Part shown: positions 49,755-58,847 of the stretch, one piece after another | Layout of the letters: every line of letters begins with the position of its first letter | Position numbering within the stretch: the first letter of the stretch is position 1 | DNA from: an uncultured Flavobacteriales bacterium | GTDB lineage: Bacteria > Bacteroidota > Bacteroidia > Flavobacteriales > UBA1820 | Assembly (NCBI GenBank): GCA_938023515.1 | Contig: CALJDR010000053.1 | Location: 28,331 to 92,330 of the forward strand | Direction: 5' to 3' | DNA length: 64,000 bases | The notes under the pieces: generated by a model | Database searches by the model: none | The model's input: only the letters and a program-made list of their open reading frames with translations | Told to the model about the DNA's origin: nothing | Translations under genes and position numbers: made by a program

Positions 49755-50312
49755 ACCTCTTCTTTTCTGAATGAGGTTCTACCGGCAGGCTTGGGTTTGT
49801 TTTTTCGGGGCGCGGCTTTTTTTACTATAAATAATGCCGACCGTCCTTCATCATCATCTTTCCCCGTATTACTGCAAGCGCGCCCGAAGAAGCGCAGAAA
49901 CCAGCCAATGACATTCCGGAAGCCTTATTGGTCCATGCCGATAGTTTATTTTTCTCCCCCGAATCTGCCAGAACCTGCGATGGTGCCAAACGAGCAGGAT
50001 GCTGGAACAAATTCTTCAAAAAAATACCTCGCCGTAAAAGGACGGGTGTAACTGAAATTACAATGTTTTTTTGACGCGCAAACCGATTTTCGAAACTTCG
50101 CCTTTCTCCGCCGCCGCGTCTTTTTCAAAAAACGAAAACAGCCCCCTGTTTTTTGCGTAATTAGCTGATAAAAAGGCTAAAACAGGCCTATATGTTTTGT
50201 CGTTGAGGTTGTATTAAGAATGGTGGGCAAAGTAAAAGCCGGTTGAAACCCGAGAAACTTAACCCTGCCAGCATTACAAAGTTTATCTAATATTATTTTA
50301 ATGGACATTAAC

Positions 50313-51539
50313 ATGAAAAGATTAAGCTATTTATTTACAGCAGTATTGAGTTTAGGGCTGTTGGCTTCGTGTTCCAAAGAAACGGGTCAGGATACCGATG
50401 CTGTGAACTCGGGCCGGCATGTGGTCATATCTATGGGAGAAATGAAAACGAGAGCTTCTTCGCCTTCGGATATTCTTTCCAAAACAGCCGATGTGGACAA
50501 TATTGTCATCTTCGTGACCAATCCGGGCGGGAAGATCTTAAAGAAAGTAGAGGTCAATAAAGACCTGACGGGGGGATCCGACTGGGATAAGCTTACCGAT
50601 GCCGGTCTGCTTATTTCCAACGTAGGTGCCGATGCGTCGGATGTGGCTATTTACGGGAACTATAAAAAAGGCGGTGAAACGTATGTCACGGGCGCAGTTG
50701 GCGATGCCGTAACGGTTGCCTGCACTTTTGACCAACAGCAGGGAAGCAAAGTGCTCTACAGTGGGAGTGCTGCCCTGTCGTCATTCGGCATAACCGTCGA
50801 AAATGCGAACCAGGAGAATATATATACCTACACGGGCTCTGTGACTATCAAACCGGTTATGGCCCGCATTCAGATCAAGACCGTATCTTTTGTGGAAAGC
50901 GGGACCGAAACAGTGACCAACAATTCCAACGGAGAAACGGCTTCGATCGAATGGACTGGGTTGGACGGAGAATTATTGGGTGTTTACCTTAATAATTTCT
51001 ACAAGCAATTCAACGGATCGGCCGTGACTGCCTCTCTGATGAAAAATACGACTGCTTTTGACAGAGTCAAGGAAGGCAAATGGCTCTTCGGGGCAGATGC
51101 GACCGAAACGGATGAAGCGGCTTTTGCCAGCTACAATCAATGGTCTGCCGGAGCTTATACGCCTTATGATCTGGCTGAGTTTAATACGCCGGCCGATCCG
51201 GACGACAAGAAGTGCTTCGCATTCAACTTTTTCCCCGGCCAGGTTCCGAACCTGCATTTGAATCTGGGCGGCGTGACCGCTGCGACCATCACGAGCGACA
51301 ACCACGATGCCTACAATCCCAGTCTGCTGCCTTTGGCGAAATACGTCAACATAATGAACTATACCAGCGCAGGGACCGATGTGGTCTTTGAAGCCGGCAA
51401 GATATATAACGTCAGCATTGAGATTGAGCCGCAATTTATGCATACCGATATCAATCCGGTGGCTTACAACATATTACTCAAAGTCGTCATCGCCGATTGG
51501 CTGGAAGAGGACATCGATCCTGAATTTCAGCAGCGATAA
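50313..51539 (+). CDS. type V pilus (FimA/Mfa1-like) stalk pilin, lipoprotein precursor
   Basis: Lipobox LLASC. An Arg (GEMKTR/ASS) lies about 50 aa in, at the position of the maturation cleavage site of type V pilins. First gene of a five-pilin operon. Confidence 0.6.
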   Translation: MKRLSYLFTAVLSLGLLASCSKETGQDTDAVNSGRHVVISMGEMKTRASSPSDILSKTADVDNIVIFVTNPGGKILKKVEVNKDLTGGSDWDKLTDAGLLISNVGADASDVAIYGNYKKGGETYVTGAVGDAVTVACTFDQQQGSKVLYSGSAALSSFGITVENANQENIYTYTGSVTIKPVMARIQIKTVSFVESGTETVTNNSNGETASIEWTGLDGELLGVYLNNFYKQFNGSAVTASLMKNTTAFDRVKEGKWLFGADATETDEAAFASYNQWSAGAYTPYDLAEFNTPADPDDKKCFAFNFFPGQVPNLHLNLGGVTAATITSDNHDAYNPSLLPLAKYVNIMNYTSAGTDVVFEAGKIYNVSIEIEPQFMHTDINPVAYNILLKVVIADWLEEDIDPEFQQR

Positions 51540-51564
51540 TCATTGCCTTATTATTTGAGTTGTT

Positions 51565-51588
51565 GGGGGGGGGCACCTCCCCCCTTTT
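51565..51588 (+). terminator. G9-CACCT-C6 hairpin plus T-run (intra-operon attenuating terminator candidate)
   Basis: GGGGGGGGGcacctCCCCCCtttt between the first pilin gene and the next gene. Confidence 0.5.
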
Positions 51589-51613
51589 ATTAACAGATAC
51601 ATGTTCATCGAAA

Positions 51614-52519
51614 ATGAAAGGATACCATCATATTATTATCCTGCTTTTGGCTTTTACCTTATCGGGATGCATTCGGGATGACGGAACCGGAGAAGACTGT
51701 GACCGCACGCAAATTTCGTTCTGTTACTACGGTGACAGTCCTGAACAGGCTTGTCGGTTTGTCGATAAAACAGATCAGGTCACCCTGTTCGTCTACGATA
51801 ATGCAGGCAATCTGGTCATGAGCCGTACCAAGGATAATGCGGCATTGTCGGTCCATAAAGGCATGAATCTCAATTTACCCGATGGGGAATATTATTTGGT
51901 GGCCTGGACCAATATCACCGATTGTACGGAAGCCCGTGAAACAGGAACCTTATCGGCTGCTACATTGGGCAATGGGGAATATTATGCAGGTAATCCGGTC
52001 ATTCAACAGGAAAACGATCGTCTGTATTATGCCAGCAAAAAAATAACGGTTGTCCAAAGCGAGTACCGCCACGAAGAAATGAGGTTCCAACAAGCTTATA
52101 TTCCTCTGCGCATACACATTATGGGGGCTGCTGCTCCGACTGATACCAAGTCGCCGGGGACGCCTGTTGAAATGGACGTGAGCAATCTGCATCCCCAAAT
52201 GGGATTTGACGGGGTAAGTACCGCTTCGCTGACCAGCATCTACCGCCCCGATCTGTCCTATGATACACAGGCCGGGAGTTATACGGCAACCGTATATGCT
52301 TTCCGTTTTTCGGACGAGAACGATATTGAGCTGAAACTATCAAATGTTGGCGGAACGGTGTGTTACAAAACCGTTCGTTTGGCCGATTTTATGAATGAAC
52401 ACGCTATTTCGGTAGATGACAAGGACGAAGCGGAAATAGCCATACGCTTTCGGTTTAACAACACCTCGGTAGAGATAGCCCCTTGGGAAGAGGGAAGTAT
52501 CGATCCGGAACAAAAATAA
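51614..52519 (+). CDS. FimB/Mfa2-like pilus anchor lipoprotein
   Basis: Lipobox TLSGC. About 300 aa. It takes the second position, as mfa2 does in the mfa cluster. The assignment rests on size and synteny. Confidence 0.5.
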   Translation: MKGYHHIIILLLAFTLSGCIRDDGTGEDCDRTQISFCYYGDSPEQACRFVDKTDQVTLFVYDNAGNLVMSRTKDNAALSVHKGMNLNLPDGEYYLVAWTNITDCTEARETGTLSAATLGNGEYYAGNPVIQQENDRLYYASKKITVVQSEYRHEEMRFQQAYIPLRIHIMGAAAPTDTKSPGTPVEMDVSNLHPQMGFDGVSTASLTSIYRPDLSYDTQAGSYTATVYAFRFSDENDIELKLSNVGGTVCYKTVRLADFMNEHAISVDDKDEAEIAIRFRFNNTSVEIAPWEEGSIDPEQK

Positions 52520-52526
52520 AGACCCC

Positions 52527-53942
52527 ATGCAAAAGAATCATTTGTCCAGTACGGCAGCTATATTATTCCTCTTGTTCCCGTTGGTGTTTGCGTGCAGCAA
52601 AACCGCCGGGAATAACGATATGCCTCTGGACGCCGAATTGGGATTGACGTTTACTACCCGCAGCGGCGGAAGCGACGATCTGGTAATAGGCCAAGAAAAC
52701 GAATTTACCAACCTTGCCGTCTATGTATTCAACCATCAGAACGGCGATCTGGAATTTTCCGAACTGAAAACGAGCTTTGCCCCGGAAACATCAGCCCCCA
52801 GCTACACCCGGTCCGTACGGGTTACCGCAGATAAAAAAGCCGTCTATACCTTTGCCAATTATGCCAATCATCATTTCAGCGTGGCGGGGCAAACGGCAAC
52901 GTTGGCGGAGAACACACCCAAATCTACTCTTGATGCGTTGGAAATAAGTTCTACAGCTTTCTCTGCGGACGATCTGCCGATGATCGGGAAAAAAGAGGTA
53001 GATATGACGGGGACATCCGTGACGGCCACCCTGGAAATGGAACGGCTCGTGGGCCGGGTAGACCTGCACATATACAAAGCGGCCGAACTGACCGGTGATA
53101 TGGTGGAATTAGTTTCGGTAGACTTCTGCAATCAGGTAATCCGCAGTAATGCGCAGTATCAAAGCCCTGTTATGCCCCTGGGATCGATCCGGCGCATGGA
53201 AACATACACCCCGGCAGCGGGAAAATACCTCGCCGTCGTGCCGAATGATACGGATTATGCGGGCCTTACTCCGGCCGATGCCGAGAAATCTTTTTACAGC
53301 TATCAGCATATTTCGGGCGAAGACGATCCGGGGGCTGCGCTTCCGGATGAATCCTCATCCCCGCATTTTCTGCTGCATGTAAAAATAAACGGGGCTCCTG
53401 TGACCTATTGCGGATATTTGAAAAACAAGGCCGGCCTGTACGATCTGGAACGTAACCGGGTGTACCGGGTAAAGGCGGTGATAGGGGAACCCAACGATAT
53501 GTTGTTCCTGCGCATAGACGTGTTGGAATGGGATACGGAACTTTCCGGAATAACGTATGAAGACCCCGTCTTCACCTTTTCTGCGGCAAATCCCTCCGCC
53601 GGGCAAGGGCAAATTTCTCAGACCGATCCGGCTCTGTACGATTTTGAATTTACAGCCCCGGCCGGAGCAGTCTGGACAGCCAGTCTCACTAACGGGCTTG
53701 ATTTCAAACTCCAGTCGGACGGAGGATACGCCTGGCAGGGCATTGCACGCACAACCCCTTACAGGATACGAATAGATCCTGTCAAACGTTTTCTGGCAAA
53801 TGAACGCCGCACTACGCAGTTCTATATTTCAATAGACGGTAAAAAAGTCAGGATCAATCCCGATCACGCGGGCGGCAGTTTCGACCAAGGGCGAAAATAT
53901 CCCGGAACTGAAACCGATATCCTGATTGAACAAATACAATAA
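52527..53942 (+). CDS. pilin-like accessory lipoprotein (Mfa3-position)
   Basis: Lipobox LVFACS. Arg site TFTTR/SGG. Tightly packed in the operon. Confidence 0.5.
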   Translation: MQKNHLSSTAAILFLLFPLVFACSKTAGNNDMPLDAELGLTFTTRSGGSDDLVIGQENEFTNLAVYVFNHQNGDLEFSELKTSFAPETSAPSYTRSVRVTADKKAVYTFANYANHHFSVAGQTATLAENTPKSTLDALEISSTAFSADDLPMIGKKEVDMTGTSVTATLEMERLVGRVDLHIYKAAELTGDMVELVSVDFCNQVIRSNAQYQSPVMPLGSIRRMETYTPAAGKYLAVVPNDTDYAGLTPADAEKSFYSYQHISGEDDPGAALPDESSSPHFLLHVKINGAPVTYCGYLKNKAGLYDLERNRVYRVKAVIGEPNDMLFLRIDVLEWDTELSGITYEDPVFTFSAANPSAGQGQISQTDPALYDFEFTAPAGAVWTASLTNGLDFKLQSDGGYAWQGIARTTPYRIRIDPVKRFLANERRTTQFYISIDGKKVRINPDHAGGSFDQGRKYPGTETDILIEQIQ

Positions 53943-53952
53943 ATCGAATGCC

Positions 53953-55926
53953 ATGGCGCTAAAAAACAATATATTACCTATTCTGACGCTAGCCTTGTTT
54001 GCTTTAGCGGTTTCGTGCGCAAAGCAGACGGACTATTCCGACCCCCAAGGCGGCGATCTGAACATCGAACTCACTCTCTCGGAAGAAGCACTTGCCAAGA
54101 CCCGGGAACCGGGGAAGGATGCGCTCCATGAAAATCTGATCGCCACCCTTGACGTCTTTATCTATCAGGACGGTCAGGAGAATTGCATACATTACCAACG
54201 GATCACGCCGGTTTCCGGAATGACCCGTTATGGCCTCGCAAAAAAGCAAAGTGATTTTACAGCCAATAGTCTTTATACGGTGTATGTGATCGCGAACGGA
54301 AATACGGCTACCCAAGGGGCCAAAACACTCGCCCAGCTCAAACAGGCTCTGGTTAGCGAAGCTTTGAACCCCGACGCCGTGCAAACGTCGCTCCTGATGG
54401 ACGGGAAATCGCTTTCCACCATCCTGAATGATGGGACAAAAACCAACAAAAACATCGAGGTATCGCTCAAAAGGGCCGTCGCCAAGATCAGGATCAACCT
54501 TAGTTACGGCACGGGGTACCAGCCCGTAGGCCAGGTGACGAAAAAACTGGTGAACTACGCATCGGATGCCCGGATACTGGAAAGCGGAGATACCCATAGT
54601 CCGTCGCTCGCATCGACACCGCTTTATACCGGAGTCGAAACGGTTTCAGGTACGCCAGGGCAGATCGTATTGTATTCGTATGCCAACGATTGGAACGGAT
54701 CCGTGGCAAATGAAACTTTCGTTTACCTGAATGTTCCGGTACAAAAGGGAGCTTCGACTGTAAACCAATACTATAAAATACCGGTTAATTATCGCCTTTC
54801 CGCTTCCGGCGGCGATCCGGCTCATCTGTACCGGTTGCGGCGCAATTATATCTACGACATCACGGCGCATATAAACGGGGAAGGAGGCAGCAGCGCTCCG
54901 GAAGCCGTGGTACTGGACAACGTCAATTACAGGATAATCGACTGGAGCACGAACGACGTAGACGTATGGATCAAGAACATCATGTACCTCTATGTCGATG
55001 AACAGGCAATAGTGATGAACAACACGGCTACCTATACGACGCGTTTTCAGTCGTCTTCGGACAATATCGAGATCAAAAACCTGCGTGTCACCGTCGAAGG
55101 AAACGATGCTCCCGTTTACGGTGTATCCATTGCCAAAGAGCCCTTCGTACACAACGGTACCATCACAATAACCAGCACCATTCCTGACAATTTCGTCCCC
55201 CGAACGATAGACTTCGACGTGGAGAACAGCGACGGGATCGTTCAGCACGTAAACGTGATACAATATCCTCCGATATGGATCGGGCACATCACTTCGCAGG
55301 ATGTGAATGGATCGTTGAACCGAAATATGTACACGGTCAATATCAAACAGGCCGATCTGCGGACTATTCCCATGCCCGATGTTTCGCCCAGAGGAAGCTG
55401 GGGCGATGCACATATCCGGTGGTATTACCAGGACCTGACCGGAAAGCTCTATACCGGCCCCAATCCTTATAATCCCGTAAACGACGGGCGCGTGGAGATG
55501 GAATATGGCCGTTGTCTGGTCGGCTATCCGACTTTGGATAAGAACGGTTATACCGATCCGTCTACGAATAACCGGTGGATGATTTCCCCGAATTTCATGT
55601 TCGCTTCGCGGGTGTCGTCCTCTACGGATAAAGTGGACTATTGGGCTGCGGTAAGCCGGTGCAAAAATTATTCCGAAACGGATACCGATGGGGTAACTTA
55701 CTCGGGGTGGCGTATGCCCACCTATGCCGAAATGCTTTTGCTGGACGTATTGCAAAACGTGAGCAAATGCGAAATACAGGACATCACCGACCGGCACCGC
55801 TATTGGACGGCCGATCCGGGGTCGAATGCGGCCTTCCGTATTCTGAACCCTTCGGGAGGAACTAACGGTGAAAGCGCCAGCTATGCGGAAGTACGCTGTG
55901 TCCGCGATATCGACCGCCCATTGTAA
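53953..55926 (+). CDS. pilin-like lipoprotein with a C-terminal DUF1566 (Lcl-like lectin) domain; candidate tip adhesin
   Basis: Lipobox LAVSCA. Arg site LAKTR/EPG. The C-terminus YWAAVSRCKNY...GWRMPTYAEMLLL...RYWTAD...VRCVRD matches the W..A...C / GWRLPT..EL / YW / VRCVR signature. Confidence 0.6.
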   Translation: MALKNNILPILTLALFALAVSCAKQTDYSDPQGGDLNIELTLSEEALAKTREPGKDALHENLIATLDVFIYQDGQENCIHYQRITPVSGMTRYGLAKKQSDFTANSLYTVYVIANGNTATQGAKTLAQLKQALVSEALNPDAVQTSLLMDGKSLSTILNDGTKTNKNIEVSLKRAVAKIRINLSYGTGYQPVGQVTKKLVNYASDARILESGDTHSPSLASTPLYTGVETVSGTPGQIVLYSYANDWNGSVANETFVYLNVPVQKGASTVNQYYKIPVNYRLSASGGDPAHLYRLRRNYIYDITAHINGEGGSSAPEAVVLDNVNYRIIDWSTNDVDVWIKNIMYLYVDEQAIVMNNTATYTTRFQSSSDNIEIKNLRVTVEGNDAPVYGVSIAKEPFVHNGTITITSTIPDNFVPRTIDFDVENSDGIVQHVNVIQYPPIWIGHITSQDVNGSLNRNMYTVNIKQADLRTIPMPDVSPRGSWGDAHIRWYYQDLTGKLYTGPNPYNPVNDGRVEMEYGRCLVGYPTLDKNGYTDPSTNNRWMISPNFMFASRVSSSTDKVDYWAAVSRCKNYSETDTDGVTYSGWRMPTYAEMLLLDVLQNVSKCEIQDITDRHRYWTADPGSNAAFRILNPSGGTNGESASYAEVRCVRDIDRPL

Positions 55927-55952
55927 TTATGGAAAAATGAAATAAAAGAAAA

Positions 55953-58211
55953 ATGATGAAAACAAGATTTTATATCATTGCGCTTTCCCTGATTGCGGCT
56001 TTGGTTTCCTGCCAAAAGTTGGATCAGAAAACGGAGTCCAAGCCGACATCAGGCGAAGACAAACTGTTTTCCTATTCTCTGTCCGACTATATGACCTTGC
56101 GTACCAGATCGGTCGAAAATGCGGTCGACGATATCGTCCTGTTGCAGTTTGACGCCAACGGGCAATTCGTAGGGCGTTCGGAAGCGTCGGACCTGCAATC
56201 CGGCACATTCCGGGCTAAAATATCGGGACATACTCGTATCGTCCATTTTATCGCCAACTACGATTGGAGCGGGTTTGATGAGCGGTCCTGGCTGGGCAAG
56301 CACGAAAATACACTTGTGCCAAGCCTCGAATCCGATGGATGGGTGCTGTGGGATCGAAAGCAAATTGATGATTTTGACAATCCTCCTGCGGTAAAGTTGT
56401 TGCGCAACCAAGCTAAAGTAACCGTTGAAATAGACCAAAACCTGCTCGATCTGATAGAACAGGGGCAGAGGGAAGAGTTCACCATCGAAGGATTTGCCCT
56501 GTACAATTACGCGACCCGCGGGACGGTTGCTCCGTTCGATCCTGCGGCTGCCGATCCGTTTGCATGGGCGTTGGACCATCCCACGGTTCCGGCCCAGCCG
56601 AATATATTCACGGATACCCCCACGGCGGTCGATATAGCCCCGAAATATCTTTTTGAAAACGAAAACGAATACAATGACCAAACGGTGGTCATCCTCCACG
56701 GCGGGGGCCAATTCAAAAAATATTACAAAATACAGTTGATCGATGAGGAACTCAATGCATATCCGATCGTGCGCAACACCCATTTTCGGATCAGGATCAT
56801 CGACTACATTCCGGGGAATATCGGTTCGGGAAGCATTAAAAGTGCACTCGATGCCCCGCCGATCAACAATATTTACGCAGAGATTATCCGGGAATCTTCC
56901 GAAATATCGGACGGTTCCGACCGTTTGACCGTCAGCCCCATCATCAATATTATGACCGATCCGGGCGACGGTTCGACGACACAGCGGCTGGAGCTCGACG
57001 TCAAGTATGAAAAAGCCAATATTGTGACCAATGGCGATATCCGCCAACCATTGATCCTCTCCGACGAAGAAGGAATACTGACGAACCTGTCTATCGACCG
57101 CAATGCCGGAAAAGCGTATGCGGATGTAAAAGTCGTCGACCAAGGTTTTAAAAAAGCGGAGATCCGTATTTCTGCCGGCGGCCTGGCGCGTATCGTTACG
57201 GTCATATCCTGCGAGAAATTTGTATTCGATCCGGTAGACATGCCTTCGGGAGTGAACAAAGGAGATACCAAAACACTTACGTTCCATATTCCCGATGACA
57301 TCCCGTCCGCTTTTTTCCCGCTTCAATGCGTCGTTACGGCCAAGTATCTGGAACCGACCAACGCCAGCCGGAATGATCTGTTACTCGAATCCCATGCGGA
57401 CGGCAGCATCAGCTATATCTATACGGCCACACAACCGGGAATGCAAACGATCCATTTCCAAAATTCGAAAGACCACAACGGCGAAATGGTTACGATTGAA
57501 AATCCGATTTTCAAAACCGCCTATATCGGCCCATCGCTCGCCTTGGTATCCATCAATGGTCATCACAATACCTATTTGCAAAATTGCGTGGGATATGGTA
57601 TCGGACAGGAAGCATTGCTCACTTTTTACATGAGCGAAGAGGCTTTTGCCCGTCAGCCATTGATTTTATTCGAAACCCCGAACCTGGAACCGGCGGATAT
57701 GTCCGGATTCAGCGATGACGGCGGCGGCTATTATTATTATACTCCGACCGCGCCGGGCGTACAAACCGTTCGTTTCCGGGTGACGGCAGCTACGCTCGAT
57801 CAGGACACAGCGGCGCGTACGGTCAAATTGTTCCATGATGATATAAACGTATATACCTCTATCACCTACGAATACTATCTGGTTAATACGGAATTCATCC
57901 GGCGTCAATTCCAGCGGTCCGGTTATGCGACCAAACTGGGTAACGGCAGGGAATTATTTGTCGTGAGCGCGTATGCGCTCCGCCATTCCAATCACGATCC
58001 GGCCACCCATGGCAAAACGGGGCGGATAGAGGCGGAAGCAGTCGGCAGTGGAATAGCCCACGGATGGCGTCAGTGGTATATGATTCCGGGGACACGCCTC
58101 GACCACCTGATGTTGTTTGAGATCGAGGAAAGCAGCGACCGCCGGGCCACTCGGGATCTCAGACGGATCATGCGGGAAACGTCCAACGTCATCACACTGC
58201 GGGCCGAATAA
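55953..58211 (+). CDS. large pilin-like lipoprotein (Mfa5-position tip/accessory subunit)
   Basis: Lipobox ALVSCQ. Arg site MTLRTR/SVE. 752 aa. Confidence 0.45.
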   Translation: MMKTRFYIIALSLIAALVSCQKLDQKTESKPTSGEDKLFSYSLSDYMTLRTRSVENAVDDIVLLQFDANGQFVGRSEASDLQSGTFRAKISGHTRIVHFIANYDWSGFDERSWLGKHENTLVPSLESDGWVLWDRKQIDDFDNPPAVKLLRNQAKVTVEIDQNLLDLIEQGQREEFTIEGFALYNYATRGTVAPFDPAAADPFAWALDHPTVPAQPNIFTDTPTAVDIAPKYLFENENEYNDQTVVILHGGGQFKKYYKIQLIDEELNAYPIVRNTHFRIRIIDYIPGNIGSGSIKSALDAPPINNIYAEIIRESSEISDGSDRLTVSPIINIMTDPGDGSTTQRLELDVKYEKANIVTNGDIRQPLILSDEEGILTNLSIDRNAGKAYADVKVVDQGFKKAEIRISAGGLARIVTVISCEKFVFDPVDMPSGVNKGDTKTLTFHIPDDIPSAFFPLQCVVTAKYLEPTNASRNDLLLESHADGSISYIYTATQPGMQTIHFQNSKDHNGEMVTIENPIFKTAYIGPSLALVSINGHHNTYLQNCVGYGIGQEALLTFYMSEEAFARQPLILFETPNLEPADMSGFSDDGGGYYYYTPTAPGVQTVRFRVTAATLDQDTAARTVKLFHDDINVYTSITYEYYLVNTEFIRRQFQRSGYATKLGNGRELFVVSAYALRHSNHDPATHGKTGRIEAEAVGSGIAHGWRQWYMIPGTRLDHLMLFEIEESSDRRATRDLRRIMRETSNVITLRAE

Positions 58212-58260
58212 CCATCAAAGTACAAGAATTAACCGATCCGGTAAACAAACATAGAATACC

Positions 58261-58830
58261 ATGAGCAGAAAAATCATCCTTTTGTTCGTTTTTGCCTTTC
58301 TGGGAATTTCGGCCAGCGCACAAAGGGTCATAGTGAAAAATAATGTCGCTTACGACGCTTTGCTGACGCCCAACTTAGGTTTGGAAATAGGTCTGGGCAA
58401 ATCGACAAGCCTTGATATCACGGGAAATTATAATCCTTTCGTATGGAATGACGGTAAATCGATCAAACATTGGCTGGTGCAACCCGAATTCCGCTATTGG
58501 CTCTGCGAGCGTTTTAACGGGCATTTCTTCGGATTGCACGCGCTCGGGGGCGAATTTAATATTTCCAAAGTGAAACTTCCTTTCGGGATGGCCGAAAACG
58601 GTAAAAATTCGCGCTACGACGGTTACTACCTCGGCGGAGGGATAAGCTACGGTTACCAATGGATGTTCTCCAAACGGTGGGGGCTCGAGGGGACTGTTGG
58701 TTTGGGATATATTCGGGCAAATTACGACCAATACCGCTGCCGCGATTGCAGTCCCAAAATTTACTCCGGGCACAAGAACTATTTCGGACCGACCAAGCTC
58801 GGACTCAGCCTGACGTACATGATTTATTAA
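58261..58830 (+). CDS. DUF3575-like small outer-membrane beta-barrel protein
   Basis: Signal peptide, alternating aromatic beta-strand pattern and a terminal ...LSLTYMIY. This family commonly accompanies Bacteroidales fimbrial operons. Confidence 0.55.
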   Translation: MSRKIILLFVFAFLGISASAQRVIVKNNVAYDALLTPNLGLEIGLGKSTSLDITGNYNPFVWNDGKSIKHWLVQPEFRYWLCERFNGHFFGLHALGGEFNISKVKLPFGMAENGKNSRYDGYYLGGGISYGYQWMFSKRWGLEGTVGLGYIRANYDQYRCRDCSPKIYSGHKNYFGPTKLGLSLTYMIY

Positions 58831-58847
58831 TCAAATCTGAATTTCTG

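Larger units (their letters stand above)
35752..49780. mobile_element. composite low-GC genomic (defence) island inserted 3' of tRNA-Gly
   Basis: Composition drops abruptly right after the tRNA. The region carries 2 intact and 2 fragmentary tyrosine recombinases, an Xis-like gene, R-M, toxin-antitoxin and type IV restriction genes. The right boundary is approximate because no flanking direct repeat was found. Confidence 0.55.

Noticed and set aside
50141-50160. cagccccctgttttttgcg, considered as a possible degenerate repeat of the tRNA-Gly 3' end (gagccccgttttccgc) marking the island's right border.
   Set aside because: Only about 12 scattered matches, and the segment is better explained as a small terminator hairpin.
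49780-50300. Invertible (fimS-like) promoter upstream of the pilus operon.
   Set aside because: I saw no flanking inverted repeats of useful length. The only structure is a small A7-stem-T hairpin at 50135-50154, and no dedicated invertase gene is adjacent.
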